Positions 30,722 through 44,347 of a stretch of 64,000 nucleotides of DNA are shown piece by piece. A program made the position numbers and the translations under genes. The notes beneath the pieces were generated by a model. The model did no database searches, was not told the DNA's origin, and saw only the letters and a list, made by a program, of their open reading frames with translations. Numbering within the stretch: the stretch's first letter is position 1; each line of letters begins with the position of its first letter. Origin of the DNA: Actinomycetales bacterium (GTDB lineage Bacteria; Actinomycetota; Actinomycetes; S36-B12; UBA5976); contig JAGWXT010000001.1 in assembly GCA_018969715.1 (NCBI GenBank), forward strand, positions 74,877-138,876. The letters run 5' to 3'.

Positions 30722-31055
30722 TCCCACATCCGGGGACGAGTACGATCAGGGGGCCATCAACGAGACACCGGTGCCACCGATTCGCACCTGCCTCGGCTGC
30801 CGCACGCGGGCGGCCAAGGCGGAGTTGCTGCGGGTCGTTGCCCGGGATGGCTGTGGATGTCCCGATCCGGGTGCGGTGCTGCCCGGCCGCGGGGCCTACG
30901 TCCATCTCGACGAGGCTTGCCTGATGCAGGCCAGCCGCCGACGAGCATGGGCGCGGGCGCTGCGGGTCCCCGGGCTCGTCGATGTCTCAGCGGTGACCGA
31001 GTTCCTGCTGCAGGTGGGCGGGTCCAATGAATGGGAGAAAGACAGCCGGCGATGA
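30714..31055 (+). CDS. ylxR: YlxR/RnpM family (DUF448) RNA-binding protein
   Basis: Motif RTCLGCR...GRGAYVH. Lies between nusA and infB. Start is either GTG 30714 (overlapping the nusA stop) or GTG 30771. Confidence 0.8.
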   Translation: MSDPTSGDEYDQGAINETPVPPIRTCLGCRTRAAKAELLRVVARDGCGCPDPGAVLPGRGAYVHLDEACLMQASRRRAWARALRVPGLVDVSAVTEFLLQVGGSNEWEKDSRR

Positions 31056-31133
31056 GCGACCGATGAGCACCCGCTCATGAGGGTGCACGCCCACTAGCGG
31101 CCCGCGCTGTGCCCGGGCCGAGGCAGGAGAGCA

Positions 31134-34117
<2,984 letters not shown>

Positions 34118-34121
<4 letters not shown>

Positions 34122-34567
34122 GTGGGCAGGAGCGCACGCGTCGACTGGCTGAGCGAATCCATGAAGTGGTCGCACGGCTGCTGGAGCAGCGGGTGAAGGA
34201 CCCGCGGCTGGGGCTGGTCACGATCACCGATGTCCGCGTGACCGGGGATCAGCGGGAGGCAACGGTGTTCTACACCTGCTACGGCGATGCTGCCGCGCAG
34301 GCCGGTTCAGCGGCGGCCCTCGCCTCGGCAACCGGAATGCTCCGCACCGAGCTCGGCCGGGTGCTGGGCATTCGCCACACACCGTCGTTGGCGTTCATCC
34401 CCGATGGGGTGCCGGAGAACGCCGCGATCATCGACGACCTGCTGCGCGAGGCGGCCGCCCGCGATGAGGTCGTCAGCCGCCTCGCCGCCTCCGCACAGTA
34501 CGCCGGTGAGGCTGATCCCTACCGTCATGAGGAACGCCCCGGGGACGATCCCGCACCCGGCACGTGA
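34118..34567 (+). CDS. rbfA: Ribosome-binding factor A
   Basis: Motif [49 protein letters not shown] overlap with the infB stop. Confidence 0.92.
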
Positions 34568-35727
34568 TCACCGCGCAGCAGTGGCAGCAGGCATGCTCCG
34601 CGCTGAACGCCGCCCACTCACCGCTGATCGTTGCCCACCTCGCACCCGATGCCGATGCCCTCGGCTCCGCGCTGGCCCTCGGCCTGGCAATGGCCGCCCG
34701 CGGCTGCGCGGTGACGGTGAGCGTGGGTGAACCGGGGTTCACCGTGCCCGCCGCCCTGCGCGATCTGCCCGGGCAGCACCTCATCACCCCGCCACCGCGG
34801 TCCGGGGACGGATTCGACTGCCTGATCGCCATGGACAGCACCTCCGTGGCGCGACTGGGCAGCCTCGGCGGGCTGCTCGACACGGTCCACCCGAGCGTGG
34901 CCATTGACCACCACCGCAGCCATGTCCCGTACGCCGATGTGACGCTCGTGGATCCGACTGCCGCGGCGACTGCGAGCCTCGTGGCCGAGACCCTCACCCG
35001 CTGCGGGCTGCCCCTCACGGCTGCGGCCGCCACCTGCCTGTACGCCGGGCTGCTCACCGACACCGGCTCGTTCCGGCTGCCCACGGTGAATGCCGGCGTT
35101 CATCGCGGTGCGGCGCTGCTGCTGGACGCCGGTGCGGACCCGACGGTCGCCGCGGCACTGTTCGACAACGTCTCCGTCCCCGCCCAACGCCTCCTCGGCC
35201 GCGCCCTCACCCGGATGACGGTCGACACCGCCGCGATCAACGGCCTGGGGATCGCCGCGGTCGTGCTCGACCGGGGGGACTTCCTCGACTGTGCGGCGGG
35301 GCCCGAGCAGGCCGAGGCGATCATCGGCGTGCTTCGGCAGACGGCGGGTGTGGACGTGGCGGTGCTCCTGCGACCGGTGGCGCCCTCCTCACCGACTCAC
35401 CCGCGCCCGTCGGGGGACGGGGCGTCGGGGGATGGGGCGTCGGGGGATGGGGCGTCGGAGGACGGGGCGTCGGGGGATGGGGCGTCGGGGGACTCGGGTG
35501 CGGCGACGTGGACGGTGTCCCTGCGCTCCCGGGGTGGTGTGGACGTCGCTGCGGTGGCCACCGCACTCGGCGGTGGTGGCCACCGCGCCGCAGCGGGTGC
35601 CCAAGTCACCGGCCCGGCGCACGCCGGGGGTGCGGCGATCCTCGCCAGCATCTCGCGGTTGTGCACCGACAACCGGCTCGGCACCGTCGTTGGGGCGGCG
35701 CCCGCCCCGCATGGGCGGGGCCGGTGA
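34564..35727 (+). CDS. nrnA: DHH-family bifunctional oligoribonuclease / pAp phosphatase NrnA, carrying a (GDGAS)n insertion
   Basis: DHH motifs VAHLAPDADALGSALAL and AIDHH; DHHA1 motif GGGGHRAAAGA. GTGA overlap with the rbfA stop. Confidence 0.85.
   Translation: MITAQQWQQACSALNAAHSPLIVAHLAPDADALGSALALGLAMAARGCAVTVSVGEPGFTVPAALRDLPGQHLITPPPRSGDGFDCLIAMDSTSVARLGSLGGLLDTVHPSVAIDHHRSHVPYADVTLVDPTAAATASLVAETLTRCGLPLTAAAATCLYAGLLTDTGSFRLPTVNAGVHRGAALLLDAGADPTVAAALFDNVSVPAQRLLGRALTRMTVDTAAINGLGIAAVVLDRGDFLDCAAGPEQAEAIIGVLRQTAGVDVAVLLRPVAPSSPTHPRPSGDGASGDGASGDGASEDGASGDGASGDSGAATWTVSLRSRGGVDVAAVATALGGGGHRAAAGAQVTGPAHAGGAAILASISRLCTDNRLGTVVGAAPAPHGRGR
35410..35499 (+). repeat. 15-bp in-frame tandem repeat x6 inside nrnA
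   Basis: tcgggggaYggggcg units encoding SGDGA/SEDGA (protein PSGDGASGDGASGDGASEDGASGDGASGDSG). Confidence 0.95.
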
Positions 35728-36689
35728 CCGTCGTGGCAGCGCCATCAATGCCGCCATCACCGGCACCGTCGCAGCCCGCCGGACTGCTCATCGTCGACAA
35801 GCCGATGGGCATGACCTCCCATGACGTGGTCAGCAAGGTTCGGCGGGCAGTGGGCACCCGTCGCGTCGGTCATGCCGGCACCCTCGACCCGCGTGCCACC
35901 GGGGTGCTCATCTGCGCGGTTGGTGGGGCAACTCGGCTGCTCACCTACCTCCAGGCCGAGGAGAAGGAGTACGAGGCGCTGATCGTCATCGGCGAGGGGC
36001 GCCTCAGCGATGACGCCGACGGTGAGGTGACCGCACAACCGGGGGTGGCGATGCTCCGCGACCCGCAGCGGGCGCGGACAACCCTCATCGACGCGGCAGC
36101 CGCACTCACCGGGCCGATCGCACAGGTGCCGCCGCAGGTCAGCGCCAAGCATGTCAAGGGCCGCCGGGCGCATGCCCTCGTCCGGGCGGGTGAACAGGTC
36201 GACCTCGCTGCCGTCGACGTGCGGGTCGACCAGTTCCGGCTGCGCAGTCTGCGATGGCAGCCGGCCGATGAACACACCCCGGAGACGGTCTGGGCGGAGT
36301 TCACCATCACGGTCAGTGCCGGCACCTACATCCGCAGCCTCGCCCGGGATCTCGGGGCCGCGGTCGGCTCCGCGGGTCACGTCCGCGACCTGCGTCGGAC
36401 CCGCGCGGGGGCTTGGACGGTGGCGGATGCCGTCCCGTTGGCGCAGGTCGTGACCGCGCCGCCGGCGATCATCGACACAGCGGTGGCACTGCGTCGGGTC
36501 ATGGCCTGCCACGAGGTCGATGCCGGCACGGAACGCGCACTCGGACACGGCCGGTCCGTCAGCGGACCGTGGCCGGCGGCGTCAGGGCAGCCCATGGCCC
36601 TGATCGGTCCCAGTGGGGGCATTGCAATCGTGCGTCGCGAGGGTGAGTACCTGCGGCCGGTCACGGTGCTGCCCGGGTCGGGCCGGTGA
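35724..36689 (+). CDS. truB: tRNA pseudouridine(55) synthase
   Basis: Motif GLLIVDKPMGMTSHDVV...GHAGTLDPRATGVL. Start is GTG 35724 (GTGA overlap with nrnA) or ATG 35748. Confidence 0.92.
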   Translation: MTVVAAPSMPPSPAPSQPAGLLIVDKPMGMTSHDVVSKVRRAVGTRRVGHAGTLDPRATGVLICAVGGATRLLTYLQAEEKEYEALIVIGEGRLSDDADGEVTAQPGVAMLRDPQRARTTLIDAAAALTGPIAQVPPQVSAKHVKGRRAHALVRAGEQVDLAAVDVRVDQFRLRSLRWQPADEHTPETVWAEFTITVSAGTYIRSLARDLGAAVGSAGHVRDLRRTRAGAWTVADAVPLAQVVTAPPAIIDTAVALRRVMACHEVDAGTERALGHGRSVSGPWPAASGQPMALIGPSGGIAIVRREGEYLRPVTVLPGSGR

Positions 36690-36696
36690 CGTGCCC

Positions 36697-37659
36697 ATGA
36701 GCGAGCGGACATCCGTCACCATCGGCGTCTTCGATGGCGTTCACCGAGGCCAGTGCGCACTGCTGGCGCGGGCGCGCCTCGATGCCGACCGTCACCAGCG
36801 TCGCTGTCTTGCGGTCACCTTCGATCCGCACCCCCTGAGCATCGTCGGGGGAGGTCGGCCCGCCCCCTGTTCCCTCACCTCCCTGGCCGATCGGATCACC
36901 CTGCTGGGGGCGGCGGGTGCTGACGAGGTCGCGGTGCTGCCCTTCACCGCCGCCCGCGCCGGTCAGCCGGCGGCGGAGTTCGTCGAGGAGTACCTGCGGA
37001 CAGGGCTTGGTATGGCACACCTCGTCGTCGGCCACGACTTCCGGTTCGGCGCCGGTGCCACCGGCGATGCCGCCCTGCTGGCCCGCCTGGGCCCGTCCCT
37101 GGACTTCACTGTCGAGCAGGTGCCCCCGGTGCGCAGTGCGGCACTGCCGGCACCCGGGATCATCTCGGCCACCGCCATTCGGCATGCCCTCGCTGCCGGC
37201 GAGGTCGGTCTGGCCCAGGTGCTGTTGGATCGTCCCTACAGTCTCGGCGGAACGGTCATCCGCGGTGACCAACGTGGCCGGCTGCTGGGGTATCCCACCG
37301 CGAATATCGACGTGGTACCCGGTCACTGCTGGCCTGCCGACGGGGTGTACGCCGTGCGCCTGCAGGTCGGTGAGCGGTCGGCCGGCCCACTGGGTCCGCT
37401 GCCGGGTGAGCCACCGGGCATGGCGGGGGTCGCCTCGGTCGGGGCGAATGTGACCTTCGGTGGGCAGGAGCGCCGGCTGGAGGTGCACGTCCTTGACCGC
37501 ACGGGGCTCGATCTGTACGGCTGCCCGGCGCGGGTGGACTTCCATGCGCGGCTGCGCGGCATGCTGACGTTCACCGATCCGGCCGAGCTGGTCGCGGCGA
37601 TGGCATCCGATGTGGCTCAGGCACGGGTCGTGCTGGAGCCGGGCGCGCACGCCACCTGA
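36697..37659 (+). CDS. ribF: Bifunctional riboflavin kinase / FAD synthetase
   Basis: Motifs [33 protein letters not shown] and RRLEVHVLD. Start set at ATG 36697. Confidence 0.92.
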   Translation: MSERTSVTIGVFDGVHRGQCALLARARLDADRHQRRCLAVTFDPHPLSIVGGGRPAPCSLTSLADRITLLGAAGADEVAVLPFTAARAGQPAAEFVEEYLRTGLGMAHLVVGHDFRFGAGATGDAALLARLGPSLDFTVEQVPPVRSAALPAPGIISATAIRHALAAGEVGLAQVLLDRPYSLGGTVIRGDQRGRLLGYPTANIDVVPGHCWPADGVYAVRLQVGERSAGPLGPLPGEPPGMAGVASVGANVTFGGQERRLEVHVLDRTGLDLYGCPARVDFHARLRGMLTFTDPAELVAAMASDVAQARVVLEPGAHAT

Positions 37660-37733
37660 TAGCCTGTCCGACGACGATGGCTGGTCGGGTGCCCGGTCGT
37701 CGCGTCACCGTCGCACCCGAGAGGAACCCACGC

Positions 37734-38006
37734 ATGACAGCCGTCGACCCCGCTACGAAGGCGGGCATCATTTCCGAGTACGCCACCCGTGAGGGCGACA
37801 CTGGCTCGCCAGAGGTGCAGGTGGCTCTGCTCACCAGTCGGATCACCGCCCTGACCGGGCACCTCAAGTCCCATCGGCACGACCACCACAGCCGTCGGGG
37901 GCTCCTGCTGCTCGTTGGCCGACGTCGACGGCTGCTGGACTACCTCGCCCGAACCGATATCGAGCGTTACCGAACGCTCATCGGGCGCCTGGGTATCCGC
38001 CGCTGA
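37734..38006 (+). CDS. rpsO: 30S ribosomal protein S15
   Basis: Motif [57 protein letters not shown] lies upstream of ATG 37734. Confidence 0.95.
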   Translation: MTAVDPATKAGIISEYATREGDTGSPEVQVALLTSRITALTGHLKSHRHDHHSRRGLLLLVGRRRRLLDYLARTDIERYRTLIGRLGIRR

Positions 38007-38009
38007 CCT

Positions 38010-38025
38010 GGGCGCACCTGCGCCC
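38010..38025 (+). terminator. GC-rich hairpin 4 nt after the rpsO stop (candidate terminator or processing site)
   Basis: gggcgcacctgcgccc (6-7 bp stem). There is no U-tract. Confidence 0.35.
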
Positions 38026-38171
38026 GACACCGCGGAGTACGACCGATGCACCCGGCGGGTGCCGACGTCGACTGCGATGAACGGACCGGCAACGATGCCG
38101 TTCACTGCGTTCTACGCTCGGCCCGCCGTCGGGTCCGACGGTCACTCCCACGACAGATGGAGTGAGACCTC
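38026..38171 (+). promoter_or_regulatory. Structured pnp 5' leader (candidate Actino-pnp-type autoregulatory RNA)
   Basis: 165-nt rpsO-pnp spacer with further hairpins at 38048-38062 (gcaccc-ggc-gggtgc) and 38126-38141 (ccgtcgg-gt-ccgacgg). An Actino-pnp motif is described upstream of actinobacterial pnp genes; its consensus was not checked. Confidence 0.3.
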
Positions 38172-40373
38172 ATGCGCGATTCCGCGCTCCTGACCGCGGA
38201 AGCGGTTCTTGACAATGGCCGCTACGGCAGCCGAACCATTCGCTTCGAGACGGGCCGACTGGCCCGACAGGCCGGTGGGGCGGTTGCGGCCTACCTCAAC
38301 AACGACAGCATGGTGTTGTCGACGACGACCGCATCCCGCCAGCCTCGTGAGCAGTTCGACTTCTTCCCACTGACCGTCGACGTCGAGGAGCGGATGTACG
38401 CCGTCGGGCGGATTCCCGGCTCCTTCTTCCGTCGCGAGGGACGGCCCGGTGAGAACGCCATCCTCACCTGCCGCCTGATCGACCGGCCGCTGCGACCCTC
38501 CTTCGCCAAGGGTCTGCGCAATGAGGTGCAGGTCGTTGTCACCGTCATGTCCCTTGACCCCAATGAGATGTACGACGTGCTGGCCATCAACGCCGCCTCC
38601 GCATCCACCCAGATTGCCGGGCTGCCGTTCAGCGGCCCGATCGGCGGGGTGCGGGTGGCCCTCGTCGAGGGTCAGTGGCTGGCCTTTCCGAACTGGGCCG
38701 AGCTCGAGGAGGCGGTGTTCGACATGGTGGTCGCCGGTCGGGTGCTGCCCGATGGCGATGTCGCGATCATGATGGTGGAGGCGGAGGCCACCGACGGGGC
38801 CCTCGATCGGATCGCAGAGGGTTTCCCGAAGCCCGATGAGGACGTGGTGACGGCCGGGCTCACGGCAGCCAAGGGGCACATCCGGACCCTGGTCGAAGCG
38901 CAGGCGGCCCTGGCTGCCCAAGCCGCGAAGCCGGTGGGGGAGTTCCCGCGATTCCTCGACTACCCGGCTGAGGTGTACGAGGCGGTGGCCGGTCGCTTCA
39001 CCGAGGAGGTCATCTCCGCCGTCGGCATCATGGGCAAGGCGGACCGCTCACAGGCCCTTGCCGCGATCCGCGACCAGGCGGTTGCCCAGTTCGGCGAGCG
39101 GTTCGGGGAGGCTGCGCAGATCGCCGCCGCGGTCGACTCCCTGACCAAGGAGAGCATGCGCCAGCGCGTCCTGCGCGATGGGGTCCGGATGGATGGTCGG
39201 CGGCCAAATCAGGTGCGCGACCTTGCCGCAGAGGTGCACGTCCTGCCGCGGGTGCACGGTTCCGCCCTGTTCGAACGGGGTGAGACCCAGGTGCTCGGGG
39301 TGACCACCCTGAACATGCTCGACATGGAGCAGCGGGTCGACTCGTTGTCCCCGGAGGACACCAAGCGCTACATGCACAACTACAACATGCCGCCGTACTC
39401 CACCGGTGAGACCGGTCGGGTGGGCTCACCCAAGCGGCGGGAGATCGGCCATGGGGCGCTCGCCGAGCGCGCAATCGTCCCCGTGCTGCCCAGCCGCGCG
39501 GACTTCCCCTACGCCATCCGGCAGGTGTCGGAGGCGATCGGCAGCAATGGGTCCACGTCCATGGCCTCGGTGTGTGCGGCATCCCTCTCCCTGCTGGCAG
39601 CGGGCGTGCCACTGCGCGACATGGTCGCCGGGATCGCCATGGGTCTGATCAGCGGTGAGGTGGACGGTGAGACCCGCTACGTCGCTCTCACCGACATCCT
39701 CGGCGCGGAGGATGCCCTCGGCGACATGGACTTCAAGGTTGCGGGGACGGCCGACTACATCACCGCGCTGCAGCTGGACACCAAACTGGATGGGTTGCCC
39801 GCACACGTCCTCAGCCAGGCACTGGCGCAGGCCAAGGAGGCGAGGGCGACGATCCTCGAGGTGATGCAGGCGGCCATCCGCGAGCCCGGTGCGCTGTCGC
39901 AGTACGCCCCGAGGATCCTCACCGTACGCATCCCAGTGGACAAGATCGGCGAGGTGATCGGCCCCAAGGGCAAGGTCATCAACCAGCTACAGGCCGATAC
40001 CGGTGCGCGCATCAGTGTGGAGGACGACGGCACGATCTACATCGCCGGCAGCACCGCCGAGGCCGCGGAGGCCGCTCGGACGGCGATCAACAGCATCGCC
40101 AACCCGCAGCAGCCCACGATCGGGGAGCGCTACCTCGGCACGGTGGTCAAGACCGCGGCCTTCGGTGCCTTCGTCTCCCTCACCCCGGGCAAGGATGGGC
40201 TGCTCCACGTCTCGCAGATCCGCAAGCTCGCCGGGGGCAAGCGGGTGGAGAACGTCGAGGACGTTGTGAGCATCGGCCAGAAGATCCTCGTCGAGGTCGA
40301 CGAGATCGATCCCCGCGGAAAGCTCTCGCTGGTGCCGGTGATCGAGGACGGCCAGCAGCCGATCCCCGCGTGA
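38172..40373 (+). CDS. pnp: Polyribonucleotide nucleotidyltransferase (PNPase)
   Basis: Two RNase PH domains, a KH domain ([18 protein letters not shown]) and an S1 domain ([30 protein letters not shown]). Confidence 0.97.
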   Translation: MRDSALLTAEAVLDNGRYGSRTIRFETGRLARQAGGAVAAYLNNDSMVLSTTTASRQPREQFDFFPLTVDVEERMYAVGRIPGSFFRREGRPGENAILTCRLIDRPLRPSFAKGLRNEVQVVVTVMSLDPNEMYDVLAINAASASTQIAGLPFSGPIGGVRVALVEGQWLAFPNWAELEEAVFDMVVAGRVLPDGDVAIMMVEAEATDGALDRIAEGFPKPDEDVVTAGLTAAKGHIRTLVEAQAALAAQAAKPVGEFPRFLDYPAEVYEAVAGRFTEEVISAVGIMGKADRSQALAAIRDQAVAQFGERFGEAAQIAAAVDSLTKESMRQRVLRDGVRMDGRRPNQVRDLAAEVHVLPRVHGSALFERGETQVLGVTTLNMLDMEQRVDSLSPEDTKRYMHNYNMPPYSTGETGRVGSPKRREIGHGALAERAIVPVLPSRADFPYAIRQVSEAIGSNGSTSMASVCAASLSLLAAGVPLRDMVAGIAMGLISGEVDGETRYVALTDILGAEDALGDMDFKVAGTADYITALQLDTKLDGLPAHVLSQALAQAKEARATILEVMQAAIREPGALSQYAPRILTVRIPVDKIGEVIGPKGKVINQLQADTGARISVEDDGTIYIAGSTAEAAEAARTAINSIANPQQPTIGERYLGTVVKTAAFGAFVSLTPGKDGLLHVSQIRKLAGGKRVENVEDVVSIGQKILVEVDEIDPRGKLSLVPVIEDGQQPIPA

Positions 40374-41710
40374 GCGACCCTCGGCCGGGGGGGCTGCCCG
40401 ATGCCAGTGCCGGGACGACGGTGCTCGTCCCGGCCTCGGCTGGGGGGCTGGTGGAGCGAACGGTCTGTGCCAACGGCGTGCGGGTCGTGACCGAGGCGGT
40501 GCCAACGATGCGCAGTGCTGCGGTCGGCATCTGGCTGGCCGTGGGTGCGCGCGATGAGCAGCCCCGGCTCAATGGTGCCGCACACTTCCTCGAGCACCTG
40601 CTCTTCAAGGGGACCGGCAGGCGCAGCGCGCTTGACATTTCGGCCACGCTCGAGGCGGTGGGCGGTGAGTTGAATGCGTTCACCTCCCGGGAGAACACCG
40701 CCTACTACGCCCGGGTCATCGATGCTGACCTGCCCCTGGCGGTGGATGTCCTCTCCGACATGCTCACCGGCTCCGTCATTCGTCCGGAGGATGTCGAGTC
40801 CGAGCGGCAGGTGATCCTCGAGGAGATCGCCATGCACGACGATGAACCCGGGGATGTTGCCAATGAGGGACTGTTCAGCGCCTTGTTCGGCCACGACCAC
40901 CTTGGTCGCCCGGTGATCGGCACGCGCCAGACGCTCACCGAGATGACGCGACAGGACGTTCACCAGTTCTATCGCGAGCGCTACCGCCCGGAACGGACGG
41001 TGGTCGCGGTGGCGGGCAACGTCACCCATGCCGCGGTGCTCGCGGCGGTGCAGGAGAGCCTCGGCGGTGCCGGCTGGGACGCCGCCATGGCACCTGATCC
41101 CCTGCGATCACCGACCGCCGTCCCCGCCGCCGCCGCGCAGACCGTCGTGGTGGAGCGGCCAACCGAGCAGGCCCACCTCGCCATGGGGGTGCCCACCTTC
41201 GATCGGCGGGATCGGCGGCGGCACGCCCTGGCGGTCCTCGTCACCGCGGTCGGCGGCGGCATGTCCAGCCGCCTGTTCCAGCGGGTGCGCGAGGAGCGCG
41301 GCCTCGTCTATGCGATCTCGTCCTATGTCTCCCATCATGCGGGGGCGGGCCTGCTGGGGACCTATGCGGGGACCTCGGCGGGCAGGCTGCCCGAGGTGAT
41401 CGAGGTCATCACCGCGGAGTGCGCCGACATCCGCGCGGGCGGGCTGAGCAGTGAGGAGATCGAGCGCGCCCGGGGTCAGTTGCGCGGATCGCTGGTGCTC
41501 GGCAGTGAGGACTCCGGCTCGCGGATGAATCGCCTCGGTGCCAGCGAACTTGGCTACGGGGAGTACCTGAGCCTCAGCGAGCATGTGCAACGGATCACTG
41601 CCGTCACCGATGACGAGGTCCACACCCTCGCCGCCGAGCTCCTGGCCCAGCCATGGACGCTCAGCGTCGTGGGGCCGGTGACGGCCGCCCAGTTGGGCAG
41701 TGCCGCATGA
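40370..41710 (+). CDS. M16 (pitrilysin/insulinase) family zinc peptidase
   Basis: Inverted zinc motif [15 protein letters not shown] overlap with the pnp stop. Confidence 0.88.
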   Translation: MSDPRPGGLPDASAGTTVLVPASAGGLVERTVCANGVRVVTEAVPTMRSAAVGIWLAVGARDEQPRLNGAAHFLEHLLFKGTGRRSALDISATLEAVGGELNAFTSRENTAYYARVIDADLPLAVDVLSDMLTGSVIRPEDVESERQVILEEIAMHDDEPGDVANEGLFSALFGHDHLGRPVIGTRQTLTEMTRQDVHQFYRERYRPERTVVAVAGNVTHAAVLAAVQESLGGAGWDAAMAPDPLRSPTAVPAAAAQTVVVERPTEQAHLAMGVPTFDRRDRRRHALAVLVTAVGGGMSSRLFQRVREERGLVYAISSYVSHHAGAGLLGTYAGTSAGRLPEVIEVITAECADIRAGGLSSEEIERARGQLRGSLVLGSEDSGSRMNRLGASELGYGEYLSLSEHVQRITAVTDDEVHTLAAELLAQPWTLSVVGPVTAAQLGSAA

Positions 41711-42450
41711 CACCGCTGCGCATCGGGGTGGTCGGTGCGGCGGGGCGGATGGGCAGTGAGGTCGTGCGCGCGGTGGATGCGGCCGATGACCTGCAGCTGG
41801 TTGCCGTGGTTGACCTCGGCGATCGACTCACGCAACTGGTGACGGCGCGAGCCGAGGTCATCGTCGACTTCACGACGCCGACTGCGGTCATGGACACCCT
41901 TGCCATGGCGATTCCCGCCGGCCTGCACTGTGTGGTCGGCACCACCGGCTTCGATGAGGGCCGCTACGCCGAGGTGCGCGCACTGCTGGGCCCCGACCCT
42001 GCGGTGGGAGTGGTCATTGCCGCGAACTTCAGCGTCGGGGCGGTGCTCATGATGAGGTTCGCCGCCGCAGCGGCTGCGTACTTTCCCAGTGTGGAGATCG
42101 TCGAGACCCACCACCCGAGCAAGGTGGATGCCCCCAGTGGCACCGCGGCGCACACTGCCGAGGTCATCGACGAGGTGCGACGTCGGGCGAACCTGCCGTT
42201 CCCGCCGGATGCCACGGTCGGCGATGCCGGCGCCCGCGGGGTGGCGGTCGGGGCGGTGCGCGTGCACTCCCAACGGCTCGTGGGTGCCGTGGCACGCCAG
42301 CAGGTCACCTTTGCCGGCCCGGGGGAGCTGCTGACCATCGAGCACGACAGCCGCGACCGTGCCTGCTTCATGCCCGGTGTGCTGCGGGCGGTGCGGTGCG
42401 TGCGCGATCTGCCGGGACTCACCGTGGGACTTGACAGCCTGCTGGACTAG
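41707..42450 (+). CDS. dapB: 4-hydroxy-tetrahydrodipicolinate reductase
   Basis: Motifs IGVVGAAGRMGSEV and ETHHPSKVDAPSGTA. ATGA overlap with the M16 peptidase stop. Confidence 0.93.
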   Translation: MTPLRIGVVGAAGRMGSEVVRAVDAADDLQLVAVVDLGDRLTQLVTARAEVIVDFTTPTAVMDTLAMAIPAGLHCVVGTTGFDEGRYAEVRALLGPDPAVGVVIAANFSVGAVLMMRFAAAAAAYFPSVEIVETHHPSKVDAPSGTAAHTAEVIDEVRRRANLPFPPDATVGDAGARGVAVGAVRVHSQRLVGAVARQQVTFAGPGELLTIEHDSRDRACFMPGVLRAVRCVRDLPGLTVGLDSLLD

Positions 42451-42761
42451 GACCAACCGAGGGCGCGCGCACCGGCAGCGACGGCGGCGGCGATCGCGAT
42501 GACGATGAGAAAGGGTGCCCGCAGGGTCAGCGCGACCACCGCGGCCGCCACACCGGCGAGCCGGGCGTCGACGACGAGGGCCGGTGCGGCGGCGAAGGTC
42601 TGCACGGCGACGAGTGCGGCGAGCAGGGCCACCGGCAGCAGGGCGGCAACCCTGCGAACCGATGGTCGGGCGAGAACCGGTGCCGGGACGAGATAGCCGG
42701 CGAGCTTGAGGGCATAGGCCCCGACGGACGAGACGATCACCACCAGCCAGGTCGATGTCAC
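42447..42761 (-). CDS. azlD: Branched-chain amino acid transport protein AzlD
   Basis: Small four-TM protein directly after azlC. GTG 42761 forms a GTGA overlap with the azlC stop. Confidence 0.75.
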   Translation of the reverse strand: MTSTWLVVIVSSVGAYALKLAGYLVPAPVLARPSVRRVAALLPVALLAALVAVQTFAAAPALVVDARLAGVAAAVVALTLRAPFLIVIAIAAAVAAGARALGWS

Positions 42762-43513
42762 GACGCACCATTCGCTGGCCCCGAGGGGGCGGCACCGCGG
42801 TGATGCGGCCACAGCCCGACCGCCACCGCGATCAGCGCGCTGAAGAGCACCGGCAGCCCGGGGGAGAGCACAGGCGTGAGGATCAGCGCGACCACCCCAG
42901 CCGCGGCCGCCACACTACGGGTGGTCCGGTCCCTTAGTCGCGGCCAGAGCAGGGCGAGGAAGGCTGCCGGGACAGCGGCATCGAGGCCGAGCACGCGGGG
43001 ATCGTCGAACTGACTGGCCGCCATCGCGCCGATGAGTGTGGCGAGATTCCAGAAGACGAAGACCGAAGCCCCGGTCCACCAGAAGGCGGGGCCGATCAGG
43101 GTGCGCTGGCCTGGCTCGTCCCGGGAGACGGCCATCGCCGTCGACTCATCGATGGTGAGCTGGGCGGCCGCGAGTCGTGACCAGCGGCGCAGGGGCAGCA
43201 GGCCCGACAGGGTGAGGCCGTAGAGGCCGTTGCGGGTGCCCAGGAGCAGGGCGGTGCCGATCGCCGCTGCGGCGCCGCCGCCGGCCGCGACGATGCCCAC
43301 CGCTGCGAACTGTGAGGCCCCGCTGAACAGTGCCAGGCTCAGCACCTGCGCCTGAAGGGGGCTGAAGCCGCTGGTGACCGCGAGGGCGCCGAAGGACAAG
43401 CCGTAGGCACCGGTGGCGATGCCCACCCCGACCGCATCGCGGCGAACCGCCGACAGCAGGCCGATGGGGGCAGTCGCGGAGGGGTCGGCCTCGGCTGGTA
43501 ACCCGGACATCAC
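42758..43513 (-). CDS. azlC: AzlC family branched-chain amino acid exporter subunit
   Basis: Motif GLSFGALAVTSGFSPLQAQVLSLALFSGASQFAAVGIV is typical of AzlC. Confidence 0.82.
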   Translation of the reverse strand: MMSGLPAEADPSATAPIGLLSAVRRDAVGVGIATGAYGLSFGALAVTSGFSPLQAQVLSLALFSGASQFAAVGIVAAGGGAAAAIGTALLLGTRNGLYGLTLSGLLPLRRWSRLAAAQLTIDESTAMAVSRDEPGQRTLIGPAFWWTGASVFVFWNLATLIGAMAASQFDDPRVLGLDAAVPAAFLALLWPRLRDRTTRSVAAAAGVVALILTPVLSPGLPVLFSALIAVAVGLWPHHRGAAPSGPANGAS

Positions 43514-43561
43514 CGGCGACGCTACCGCTGCGGCAGGGCACGGCCGGGCTAGGCTCCCACA

Positions 43562-44347
43562 GTGGCGTTGGTGGAGGTGAGGCCGCCCGGGGCGGCTGAC
43601 CCGGGGGCGGCCAGTGGCGCGCCTGCCGATGACGAGGCCGTCGTGGTGAGGTTCCGCAGCGATGTCGTCGTCGAGCTGGTTCGCGCGGCGGCGGCCGACG
43701 CTGACGTGGCTAGTGCGGCCCGGGTGTCAACGGTCGGTGAGCGCAGCCGGGAAGTGCCGGATGCGGCGGCCCTCGCGGGGCTGATCACATTCCTCATGCG
43801 CGAGCGACATGGCACGCCCTTCGAGCACTCAACCTTCACTTTCTATGTGAAGGCGCCGATCTTCGTCTGGCGTGAGCACATGCGCCACCGCATTGCCTCC
43901 TACAACGAGGAGTCAGCCCGCTATCGGGTGCTGGAGCCGGAGTTCTACCTGCCGGGTGCCGACCGGGACCTGGTCCAGGTCGGCAAGGCGGGGGCGTACA
44001 CCTACCAGCCGGGTACCCCGGCCCAGCAGGCGCTGGTGGCGGAGGGCTTCCGCTCGGTCTGCACCCACGCCTATGGGCAGTACCAGCGGATGCTGGCCGG
44101 CGGGGTGGCCCGGGAGATCGCACGCGGTGTACTCCCGGTCACCATCTACTCGCGGGCTTACGTCACGATGAACGCGCGGGCGTTGATGAACTTCCTGTCG
44201 CTGCGGCGACGCGATGATCGCTCGCACTTCCCCTCCTATCCGCAACGGGAGATCGAGCTGGTGGCGGAGGCCTATGAGACCCACTTCGCGCAGCACATGC
44301 CGCTGACCCATGCGGCCTTCCTCGCCTGCGGCCGGGTGTGCCCATGA
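43562..44347 (+). CDS. thyX: FAD-dependent thymidylate synthase
   Basis: ThyX signature RHRIASYNEESARY. Confidence 0.93.
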   Translation: MALVEVRPPGAADPGAASGAPADDEAVVVRFRSDVVVELVRAAAADADVASAARVSTVGERSREVPDAAALAGLITFLMRERHGTPFEHSTFTFYVKAPIFVWREHMRHRIASYNEESARYRVLEPEFYLPGADRDLVQVGKAGAYTYQPGTPAQQALVAEGFRSVCTHAYGQYQRMLAGGVAREIARGVLPVTIYSRAYVTMNARALMNFLSLRRRDDRSHFPSYPQREIELVAEAYETHFAQHMPLTHAAFLACGRVCP

